This document shows positions 52,101-64,000 of a stretch of DNA of 64,000 nt, piece by piece. Location: positions 22,816,001 to 22,880,000 of the forward strand of contig OZ059895.1 in assembly GCA_964057225.1 (NCBI GenBank). The letters are read 5' to 3'. The position numbers and the translations under genes were made by a program. Source of the stretch: Auanema rhodensis (Eukaryota > Animalia > Nematoda). The notes below the pieces were generated by a model that saw nothing but the letters and a program-made list of their open reading frames with translations, was not told where the DNA came from and searched no databases. Position 1 is the first letter of the stretch. Each line of letters starts with the position of its first letter.

Positions 52101-55100
52101 AAGGAATCTAAAAACATCTACTTTTTGCTAAATTATTTTGAAATTTTTCGAAAAAATTTTTGTCAAAATGTTTTTGGAAGCAATGTTGAGTGTACATGGA
52201 AACTCAACATACACTAAGGCATCATTTTTCAAACGATCATAACTAATTTTTGTATTAAGCGTTTCTCAATGTAGTATAGTGCATTCGATGCAGATTTTTA
52301 AGCTGCGTCGATCTGTGTTATCAGATTTGCGCTAGCTTAAAAATGCACCGAGATATCAACTGATATAAGTTCACACTTATATCCTCGATTTTCACCCTGA
52401 AGAATTAATTTTTTCGTTGAATAACATTGTCCATCGTCTTTGCCTTGAAAAAAGAAATCTAAAAACATCTACTTTTTGCTAAATTATTTTGAAATTTTTC
52501 GAAAAAATTTTTGTCAAAATGTTTTTGGAAGCAATGTTGAGTGTACATGGAAACTCAACATACACTAATGCATCATTTTTCAAACGATCATAACTAATTT
52601 TTGTATTAAGCGTTTCTCCATGTAGTATAGTGCATTCGATGCGGATTTTTAAGCTGCGTCGATCTGTGTTATCAGATTTGCGCTAGCTTAAAAATGCACC
52701 GAGATATCAACTGATATAAGTTCACACTTATATCCTCGATTTTCACCCTGAAGAATTAATTTTTTCGTTGAATAACATTGTCCATCGTCTTTGCCTTGAA
52801 AAAAGGAATCTAAAAACATCTACTTTTTGCTAAATTATTTTGAAATTTTTCGAAAAAATTTTTGTCAAAATGTTTTTGGAAGCAATGTTGAGTGTACATG
52901 GAAACTCAACATACACTAAGGCATCATTTTTCAAACGATCATAACTAATTTTTGTATTAAGCGTTTCTCAATGTAGTATAGTGCATTCGATGCAGATTTT
53001 TAAGCTGCGTCGATCTGTGTTATCAGATTTGCGCTAGCTTAAAAATGCACCGAGATATCAACTGATATAAGTTCACACTTATATCCTCGATTTTCACCCT
53101 GAAGAATCAATTTTTTCGTTGAATAACATTGTCCATCGTCTTTGCCTTGAAAAAAGGAATCTAAAAACATCTACTTTTTGCTAAATTATTTTGAAATTTT
53201 TCGAAAAAATTTTTGTCAAAATGTTTTTGGAAGCAATGTTGAGTGTACATGGAAACTCAACATACACTAATGCATCATTTTTCAAACGATCATAACTAAT
53301 TTTTGTATTAAGCGTTTCTCCATGTAGTATAGTGCATTCGATGCGGATTTTTAAGCTGCGTCGATCTGTGTTATCAGATTTGCGCTAGCTTAAAAATGCA
53401 CCGAGATATCAACTGATATAAGTTCACACTTATATCCTCGATTTTCACCCTGAAGAATTAATTTTTTCGTTGAATAACATTGTCCATCGTCTTTGCCTTG
53501 AAAAAAGGAATCTAAAAACATCTACTTTTTGCTAAATTATTTTGAAATTTTTCGAAAAAATTTTTGTCAAAATGTTTTTGGAAGCAATGTTGAGTGTACA
53601 TGGAAACTCAACATACACTAATGCATCATTTTTCAAACGATCATAACTAATTTTTGTATTAAGCGTTTCTCAATGTAGTATAGTGCATTCGATGCGGATT
53701 TTTAAGCTGCGTCGATCTGTGTTATCAGATTTGCGCTAGCTTAAAAATGCACCGAGATATCAACTGATATATGTTCACACTTATATCCTCGATTTTCACC
53801 CTGAAGAATTAATTTTTTCGTTGAATAACAATGTCCATCGTCTTTGCCTTGAAAAAAGGAATCTAAAAACATCTACTTTTTGCTAAATTATTTCGAAATT
53901 TTTCGAAAAAATTTTTGTCAAAATGTTTTTGGAAGCAATGTTGAGTGTACATGGAAACTCAACATACACTAATGCATCATTTTTCAAACGATCATAACTA
54001 ATTTTTGTATTAAGCGTTTCTCCATGTAGTATAGTGCATTCGATGCGGATTTTTAAGCTGCGTCGATCTGTGTTATCAGATTTGCGCTAGCTTAAAAATG
54101 CACCGAGATATCAACTGATATAAGTTCACACTTATATCCTCGATTTTCACCCTGAAGAATTAATTTTTTCGTTGAATAACATTGTCCATCGTCTTTGCCT
54201 TGAAAAAAGGAATCTAAAAACATCTACTTTTTGCTAAATTATTTTGAAATTTTTCGAAAAAATTTTTGTCAAAATGTTTTTGGAAGCAATGTTGAGTGTA
54301 CATGGAAACTCAACATACACTAATGCATCATTTTTCAAACAATCATAACTAATTTTTGTATTAAGCGTTTCTCAATGTAGTATAGTGCATTCGATGCAGA
54401 TTTTTAAGCTGCGTCGATCTGTGTTATCAGATTTGCGCTAGCTTAAAAATGCACCGAGATATCAACTGATATAAGTTCACACTTATATCCTCGATTTTCA
54501 CCCTGAAGAATTAATTTTTTCGTTGAATAACATTGTCCATCGTCTTTGCCTTGAAAAAAGGAATCTAAAAACATCTACTTTTTGCTAAATTATTTTGAAA
54601 TTTTTCGAAAAAATTTTTGTCAAAATGTTTTTGGAAGCAATGTTGAGTGTACATGGAAACTCAACATACACTAATGCATCATTTTTCAAACGATCATAAC
54701 TAATTTTTGTATTAAGCGTTTCTCCATGTAGTATAGTGCATTCGATGCGGATTTTTAAGCTGCGTCGATCTGTGTTATCAGATTTGCGCTAGCTTAAAAA
54801 TGCACCGAGATATCAACTGATATAAGTTCACACTTATATCCTCGATTTTCACCCTGAAGAATTAATTTTTTCGTTGAATAACATTGTCCATCGTCTTTGC
54901 CTTGAAAAAAGGAATCTAAAAACATCTACTTTTTGCTAAATTATTTTGAAATTTTTCGAAAAAATTTTTGTCAAAATGTTTTTGGAAGCAATGTTGAGTG
55001 TACATGGAAACTCAACATACACTAAGGCATCATTTTTCAAACGATCATAACTAATTTTTGTATTAAGCGTTTCTCCATGTAGTATAGTGCATTCGATGCG

Positions 55101-58100
55101 GATTTTTAAGCTGCGTCGATCTGTGTTATCAGATTTGCGCTAGCTTAAAAATGCACCGAGATATCAACTGATATAAGTTCACACTTATATCCTCGATTTT
55201 CACCCTGAAGAATTAATTTTTTCGTTGAATAACATTGTCCATCGTCTTTGCCTTGAAAAAAGGAATCTAAAAACATCTACTTTTTGCTAAATTATTTTGA
55301 AATTTTTCGAAAAAATTTTTGTCAAAATGTTTTTGGAAGCAATGTTGAGTGTACATGGAAACTCAACATACACTAATGCATCATTTTTCAAACGATCATA
55401 ACTAATTTTTGTATTAAGCGTTTCTCCATGTAGTATAGTGCATTCGATGCGGATTTTTAAGCTGCGTCGATCTGTGTTATCAGATTTGCGCTAGCTTAAA
55501 AATGCACCGAGATATCAACTGATATAAGTTCACACTTATATCCTCGATTTTCACCCTGAAGAATTAATTTTTTCGTTGAATAACATTGTCCATCGTCTTT
55601 GCCTTGAAAAAAGGAATCTAAAAACATCTACTTTTTGCTAAATTATTTTGAAATTTTTCGAAAAAATTTTTGTCAAAATGTTTTTGGAAGCAATGTTGAG
55701 TGTACATGGAAACTCAACATACACTAATGCATCATTTTTCAAACAATCATAACTAATTTTTGTATTAAGCGTTTCTCAATGTAGTATAGTGCATTCGATG
55801 CGGATTTTTAAGCTGCGTCGATCTGTGTTATCAGATTTGCGCTAGCTTAAAAATGCACCGAGATATCAACTGATATAAGTTCACACTTATATCCTCGATT
55901 TTCACCCTGAAGAATTAATTTTTTCGTTGAATAACATTGTCCATCGTCTTTGCCTTGAAAAAAGAAATCTAAAAACATCTACTTTTTGCTAAATTATTTT
56001 GAAATTTTTCGAAAAAATTTTTGTCAAAATGTTTTTGGAAGCAATGTTGAGTGTACATGGAAACTCAACATACACTAATGCATCATTTTTCAAACGATCA
56101 TAACTAATTTTTGTATTAAGCGTTTCTCCATGTAGTATAGTGCATTCGATGCGGATTTTTAAGCTGCGTCGATCTGTGTTATCAGATTTGCGCTAGCTTA
56201 AAAATGCACCGAGATATCAACTGATATAAGTTCACACTTATATCCTCGATTTTCACCCTGAAGAATTAATTTTTTCGTTGAATAACATTGTCCATCGTCT
56301 TTGCCTTGAAAAAAGGAATCTAAAAACATCTACTTTTTGCTAAATTATTTTGAAATTTTTCGAAAAAATTTTTGTCAAAATGTTTTTGGAAGCAATGTTG
56401 AGTGTACATGGAAACTCAACATACACTAAGGCATCATTTTTCAAACGATCATAACTAATTTTTGTATTAAGCGTTTCTCAATGTAGTATAGTGCATTCGA
56501 TGCAGATTTTTAAGCTGCGTCGATCTGTGTTATCAGATTTGCGCTAGCTTAAAAATGCACCGAGATATCAACTGATATAAGTTCACACTTATATCCTCGA
56601 TTTTCACCCTGAAGAATCAATTTTTTCGTTGAATAACATTGTCCATCGTCTTTGCCTTGAAAAAAGGAATCTAAAAACATCTACTTTTTGCTAAATTATT
56701 TTGAAATTTTTCGAAAAAATTTTTGTCAAAATGTTTTTGGAAGCAATGTTGAGTGTACATGGAAACTCAACATACACTAATGCATCATTTTTCAAACGAT
56801 CATAACTAATTTTTGTATTAAGCGTTTCTCAATGTAGTATAGTGCATTCGATGCGGATTTTTAAGCTGCGTCGATCTGTGTTATCAGATTTGCGCTAGCT
56901 TAAAAATGCACCGAGATATCAACTGATATAAGTTCACACTTATATCCTCGATTTTCACCCTGAAGAATTAATTTTTTCGTTGAATAACATTGTCCATCGT
57001 CTTTGCCTTGAAAAAAGAAATCTAAAAACATCTACTTTTTGCTAAATTATTTTGAAATTTTTCGAAAAAATTTTTGTCAAAATGTTTTTGGAAGCAATGT
57101 TGAGTGTACATGGAAACTCAACATACACTAATGCATCATTTTTCAAACGATCATAACTAATTTTTGTATTAAGCGTTTCTCCATGTAGTATAGTGCATTC
57201 GATGCGGATTTTTAAGCTGCGTCGATCTGTGTTATCAGATTTGCGCTAGCTTAAAAATGCACCGAGATATCAACTGATATAAGTTCACACTTATATCCTC
57301 GATTTTCACCCTGAAGAATTAATTTTTTCGTTGAATAACATTGTCCATCGTCTTTGCCTTGAAAAAAGGAATCTAAAAACATCTACTTTTTGCTAAATTA
57401 TTTTGAAATTTTTCGAAAAAATTTTTGTCAAAATGTTTTTGGAAGCAATGTTGAGTGTACATGGAAACTCAACATACACTAAGGCATCATTTTTCAAACG
57501 ATCATAACTAATTTTTGTATTAAGCGTTTCTCAATGTAGTATAGTGCATTCGATGCAGATTTTTAAGCTGCGTCGATCTGTGTTATCAGATTTGCGCTAG
57601 CTTAAAAATGCACCGAGATATCAACTGATATAAGTTCACACTTATATCCTCGATTTTCACCCTGAAGAATCAATTTTTTCGTTGAATAACATTGTCCATC
57701 GTCTTTGCCTTGAAAAAAGGAATCTAAAAACATCTACTTTTTGCTAAATTATTTTGAAATTTTTCGAAAAAATTTTTGTCAAAATGTTTTTGGAAGCAAT
57801 GTTGAGTGTACATGGAAACTCAACATACACTAATGCATCATTTTTCAAACGATCATAACTAATTTTTGTATTAAGCGTTTCTCCATGTAGTATAGTGCAT
57901 TCGATGCGGATTTTTAAGCTGCGTCGATCTGTGTTATCAGATTTGCGCTAGCTTAAAAATGCACCGAGATATCAACTGATATAAGTTCACACTTATATCC
58001 TCGATTTTCACCCTGAAGAATTAATTTTTTCGTTGAATAACATTGTCCATCGTCTTTGCCTTGAAAAAAGGAATCTAAAAACATCTACTTTTTGCTAAAT

Positions 58101-61100
58101 TATTTTGAAATTTTTCGAAAAAATTTTTGTCAAAATGTTTTTGGAAGCAATGTTGAGTGTACATGGAAACTCAACATACACTAATGCATCATTTTTCAAA
58201 CGATCATAACTAATTTTTGTATTAAGCGTTTCTCAATGTAGTATAGTGCATTCGATGCGGATTTTTAAGCTGCGTCGATCTGTGTTATCAGATTTGCGCT
58301 AGCTTAAAAATGCACCGAGATATCAACTGATATATGTTCACACTTATATCCTCGATTTTCACCCTGAAGAATTAATTTTTTCGTTGAATAACAATGTCCA
58401 TCGTCTTTGCCTTGAAAAAAGGAATCTAAAAACATCTACTTTTTGCTAAATTATTTCGAAATTTTTCGAAAAAATTTTTGTCAAAATGTTTTTGGAAGCA
58501 ATGTTGAGTGTACATGGAAACTCAACATACACTAATGCATCATTTTTCAAACGATCATAACTAATTTTTGTATTAAGCGTTTCTCCATGTAGTATAGTGC
58601 ATTCGATGCGGATTTTTAAGCTGCGTCGATCTGTGTTATCAGATTTGCGCTAGCTTAAAAATGCACCGAGATATCAACTGATATAAGTTCACACTTATAT
58701 CCTCGATTTTCACCCTGAAGAATTAATTTTTTCGTTGAATAACATTGTCCATCGTCTTTGCCTTGAAAAAAGGAATCTAAAAACATCTACTTTTTGCTAA
58801 ATTATTTTGAAATTTTTCGAAAAAATTTTTGTCAAAATGTTTTTGGAAGCAATGTTGAGTGTACATGGAAACTCAACATACACTAATGCATCATTTTTCA
58901 AACAATCATAACTAATTTTTGTATTAAGCGTTTCTCAATGTAGTATAGTGCATTCGATGCAGATTTTTAAGCTGCGTCGATCTGTGTTATCAGATTTGCG
59001 CTAGCTTAAAAATGCACCGAGATATCAACTGATATAAGTTCACACTTATATCCTCGATTTTCACCCTGAAGAATTAATTTTTTCGTTGAATAACATTGTC
59101 CATCGTCTTTGCCTTGAAAAAAGGAATCTAAAAACATCTACTTTTTGCTAAATTATTTTGAAATTTTTCGAAAAAATTTTTGTCAAAATGTTTTTGGAAG
59201 CAATGTTGAGTGTACATGGAAACTCAACATACACTAATGCATCATTTTTCAAACGATCATAACTAATTTTTGTATTAAGCGTTTCTCCATGTAGTATAGT
59301 GCATTCGATGCGGATTTTTAAGCTGCGTCGATCTGTGTTATCAGATTTGCGCTAGCTTAAAAATGCACCGAGATATCAACTGATATAAGTTCACACTTAT
59401 ATCCTCGATTTTCACCCTGAAGAATTAATTTTTTCGTTGAATAACATTGTCCATCGTCTTTGCCTTGAAAAAAGGAATCTAAAAACATCTACTTTTTGCT
59501 AAATTATTTTGAAATTTTTCGAAAAAATTTTTGTCAAAATGTTTTTGGAAGCAATGTTGAGTGTACATGGAAACTCAACATACACTAATGCATCATTTTT
59601 CAAACGATCATAACTAATTTTTGTATTAAGCGTTTCTCCATGTAGTATAGTGCATTCGATGCGGATTTTTAAGCTGCGTCGATCTGTGTTATCAGATTTG
59701 CGCTAGCTTAAAAATGCACCGAGATATCAACTGATATAAGTTCACACTTATATCCTCGATTTTCACCCTGAAGAATTAATTTTTTCGTTGAATAACATTG
59801 TCCATCGTCTTTGCCTTGAAAAAAGGAATCTAAAAACATCTACTTTTTGCTAAATTATTTTGAAATTTTTCGAAAAAATTTTTGTCAAAATGTTTTTGGA
59901 AGCAATGTTGAGTGTACATGGAAACTCAACATACACTAATGCATCATTTTTCAAACGATCATAACTAATTTTTGTATTAAGCGTTTCTCAATGTAGTATA
60001 GTGCATTCGATGCGGATTTTTAAGCTGCGTCGATCTGTGTTATCAGATTTGCGCTAGCTTAAAAATGCACCGAGATATCAACTGATATAAGTTCACACTT
60101 ATATCCTCGATTTTCACCCTGAAGAATTAATTTTTTCGTTGAATAACATTGTCCATCGTCTTTGCCTTGAAAAAAGAAATCTAAAAACATCTACTTTTTG
60201 CTAAATTATTTTGAAATTTTTCGAAAAAATTTTTGTCAAAATGTTTTTGGAAGCAATGTTGAGTGTACATGGAAACTCAACATACACTAATGCATCATTT
60301 TTCAAACGATCATAACTAATTTTTGTATTAAGCGTTTCTCCATGTAGTATAGTGCATTCGATGCGGATTTTTAAGCTGCGTCGATCTGTGTTATCAGATT
60401 TGCGCTAGCTTAAAAATGCACCGAGATATCAACTGATATAAGTTCACACTTATATCCTCGATTTTCACCCTGAAGAATTAATTTTTTCGTTGAATAACAT
60501 TGTCCATCGTCTTTGCCTTGAAAAAAGGAATCTAAAAACATCTACTTTTTGCTAAATTATTTTGAAATTTTTCGAAAAAATTTTTGTCAAAATGTTTTTG
60601 GAAGCAATGTTGAGTGTACATGGAAACTCAACATACACTAAGGCATCATTTTTCAAACGATCATAACTAATTTTTGTATTAAGCGTTTCTCAATGTAGTA
60701 TAGTGCATTCGATGCAGATTTTTAAGCTGCGTCGATCTGTGTTATCAGATTTGCGCTAGCTTAAAAATGCACCGAGATATCAACTGATATAAGTTCACAC
60801 TTATATCCTCGATTTTCACCCTGAAGAATCAATTTTTTCGTTGAATAACATTGTCCATCGTCTTTGCCTTGAAAAAAGGAATCTAAAAACATCTACTTTT
60901 TGCTAAATTATTTTGAAATTTTTCGAAAAAATTTTTGTCAAAATGTTTTTGGAAGCAATGTTGAGTGTACATGGAAACTCAACATACACTAATGCATCAT
61001 TTTTCAAACGATCATAACTAATTTTTGTATTAAGCGTTTCTCCATGTAGTATAGTGCATTCGATGCGGATTTTTAAGCTGCGTCGATCTGTGTTATCAGA

Positions 61101-64000
61101 TTTGCGCTAGCTTAAAAATGCACCGAGATATCAACTGATATAAGTTCACACTTATATCCTCGATTTTCACCCTGAAGAATTAATTTTTTCGTTGAATAAC
61201 ATTGTCCATCGTCTTTGCCTTGAAAAAAGGAATCTAAAAACATCTACTTTTTGCTAAATTATTTTGAAATTTTTCGAAAAAATTTTTGTCAAAATGTTTT
61301 TGGAAGCAATGTTGAGTGTACATGGAAACTCAACATACACTAAGGCATCATTTTTCAAACGATCATAACTAATTTTTGTATTAAGCGTTTCTCAATGTAG
61401 TATAGTGCATTCGATGCAGATTTTTAAGCTGCGTCGATCTGTGTTATCAGATTTGCGCTAGCTTAAAAATGCACCGAGATATCAACTGATATAAGTTCAC
61501 ACTTATATCCTCGATTTTCACCCTGAAGAATCAATTTTTTCGTTGAATAACATTGTCCATCGTCTTTGCCTTGAAAAAAGGAATCTAAAAACATCTACTT
61601 TTTGCTAAATTATTTTGAAATTTTTCGAAAAAATTTTTGTCAAAATGTTTTTGGAAGCAATGTTGAGTGTACATGGAAACTCAACATACACTAATGCATC
61701 ATTTTTCAAACGATCATAACTAATTTTTGTATTAAGCGTTTCTCCATGTAGTATAGTGCATTCGATGCGGATTTTTAAGCTGCGTCGATCTGTGTTATCA
61801 GATTTGCGCTAGCTTAAAAATGCACCGAGATATCAACTGATATAAGTTCACACTTATATCCTCGATTTTCACCCTGAAGAATTAATTTTTTCGTTGAATA
61901 ACATTGTCCATCGTCTTTGCCTTGAAAAAAGGAATCTAAAAACATCTACTTTTTGCTAAATTATTTTGAAATTTTTCGAAAAAATTTTTGTCAAAATGTT
62001 TTTGGAAGCAATGTTGAGTGTACATGGAAACTCAACATACACTAATGCATCATTTTTCAAACGATCATAACTAATTTTTGTATTAAGCGTTTCTCAATGT
62101 AGTATAGTGCATTCGATGCGGATTTTTAAGCTGCGTCGATCTGTGTTATCAGATTTGCGCTAGCTTAAAAATGCACCGAGATATCAACTGATATATGTTC
62201 ACACTTATATCCTCGATTTTCACCCTGAAGAATTAATTTTTTCGTTGAATAACAATGTCCATCGTCTTTGCCTTGAAAAAAGGAATCTAAAAACATCTAC
62301 TTTTTGCTAAATTATTTCGAAATTTTTCGAAAAAATTTTTGTCAAAATGTTTTTGGAAGCAATGTTGAGTGTACATGGAAACTCAACATACACTAATGCA
62401 TCATTTTTCAAACGATCATAACTAATTTTTGTATTAAGCGTTTCTCCATGTAGTATAGTGCATTCGATGCGGATTTTTAAGCTGCGTCGATCTGTGTTAT
62501 CAGATTTGCGCTAGCTTAAAAATGCACCGAGATATCAACTGATATAAGTTCACACTTATATCCTCGATTTTCACCCTGAAGAATTAATTTTTTCGTTGAA
62601 TAACATTGTCCATCGTCTTTGCCTTGAAAAAAGGAATCTAAAAACATCTACTTTTTGCTAAATTATTTTGAAATTTTTCGAAAAAATTTTTGTCAAAATG
62701 TTTTTGGAAGCAATGTTGAGTGTACATGGAAACTCAACATACACTAATGCATCATTTTTCAAACAATCATAACTAATTTTTGTATTAAGCGTTTCTCAAT
62801 GTAGTATAGTGCATTCGATGCAGATTTTTAAGCTGCGTCGATCTGTGTTATCAGATTTGCGCTAGCTTAAAAATGCACCGAGATATCAACTGATATAAGT
62901 TCACACTTATATCCTCGATTTTCACCCTGAAGAATTAATTTTTTCGTTGAATAACATTGTCCATCGTCTTTGCCTTGAAAAAAGGAATCTAAAAACATCT
63001 ACTTTTTGCTAAATTATTTTGAAATTTTTCGAAAAAATTTTTGTCAAAATGTTTTTGGAAGCAATGTTGAGTGTACATGGAAACTCAACATACACTAAGG
63101 CATCATTTTTCAAACGATCATAACTAATTTTTGTATTAAGCGTTTCTCAATGTAGTATAGTGCATTCGATGCAGATTTTTAAGCTGCGTCGATCTGTGTT
63201 ATCAGATTTGCGCTAGCTTAAAAATGCACCGAGATATCAACTGATATAAGTTCACACTTATATCCTCGATTTTCACCCTGAAGAATCAATTTTTTCGTTG
63301 AATAACATTGTCCATCGTCTTTGCCTTGAAAAAAGGAATCTAAAAACATCTACTTTTTGCTAAATTATTTTGAAATTTTTCGAAAAAATTTTTGTCAAAA
63401 TGTTTTTGGAAGCAATGTTGAGTGTACATGGAAACTCAACATACACTAATGCATCATTTTTCAAACGATCATAACTAATTTTTGTATTAAGCGTTTCTCC
63501 ATGTAGTATAGTGCATTCGATGCGGATTTTTAAGCTGCGTCGATCTGTGTTATCAGATTTGCGCTAGCTTAAAAATGCACCGAGATATCAACTGATATAA
63601 GTTCACACTTATATCCTCGATTTTCACCCTGAAGAATTAATTTTTTCGTTGAATAACATTGTCCATCGTCTTTGCCTTGAAAAAAGGAATCTAAAAACAT
63701 CTACTTTTTGCTAAATTATTTTGAAATTTTTCGAAAAAATTTTTGTCAAAATGTTTTTGGAAGCAATGTTGAGTGTACATGGAAACTCAACATACACTAA
63801 TGCATCATTTTTCAAACGATCATAACTAATTTTTGTATTAAGCGTTTCTCAATGTAGTATAGTGCATTCGATGCGGATTTTTAAGCTGCGTCGATCTGTG
63901 TTATCAGATTTGCGCTAGCTTAAAAATGCACCGAGATATCAACTGATATATGTTCACACTTATATCCTCGATTTTCACCCTGAAGAATTAATTTTTTCGT

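Larger units (their letters stand above)
1..64000. repeat. Tandem satellite DNA array, 351-bp AT-rich monomer, about 185 copies, all in the same orientation; continues past both window edges
   Basis: The monomer start AG(A/G)AATCTAAAAACATC recurs at 1, 352, 3511 (10x351+1), 4815 and 63685. The register is fully explained by n x 351 minus nine 100-bp deletions. A hand count gives about 107 G+C in monomer 1 (about 30.5%). Confidence 0.99.

Noticed and set aside
1-64000. CRISPR-like array of palindromic repeats
   Set aside because: There are no unique spacers (the whole unit repeats) and no cas genes.
1-64000. Embedded transposon, inversion or unique island
   Set aside because: None seen; the register arithmetic accounts for the whole window with monomers plus nine deletions.

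Overview
The whole window is one uninterrupted head-to-tail tandem satellite array of a 351-bp, about 31% GC monomer, roughly 185 monomer-equivalents long. It looks like eukaryotic (peri)centromeric or heterochromatic satellite DNA; I cannot name the species or family from sequence alone. There are no genes, RNA genes, transposon insertions, inversions or CRISPR spacers, and all six reading frames of the monomer contain stops. Monomers usually differ by only a few substitutions. The 351-bp register is broken only by nine copies of one identical 100-bp deletion (junctions at 4518, 8981, 10636, 21768, 28337, 29992, 40773, 42779 and 46189). Shared variants show nested higher-order structure: dimer alternation, 3-, 5-, 6-, 10-, 11- and 13-mer duplications, and a 17-19 kb super-repeat. 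The first 4.5 kb is a more divergent domain. The monomer carries several dyad symmetries, including an imperfect hairpin of about 67 bp. I find no support for a new protein- or RNA-coding system; the interest lies in the array's architecture and evolution.
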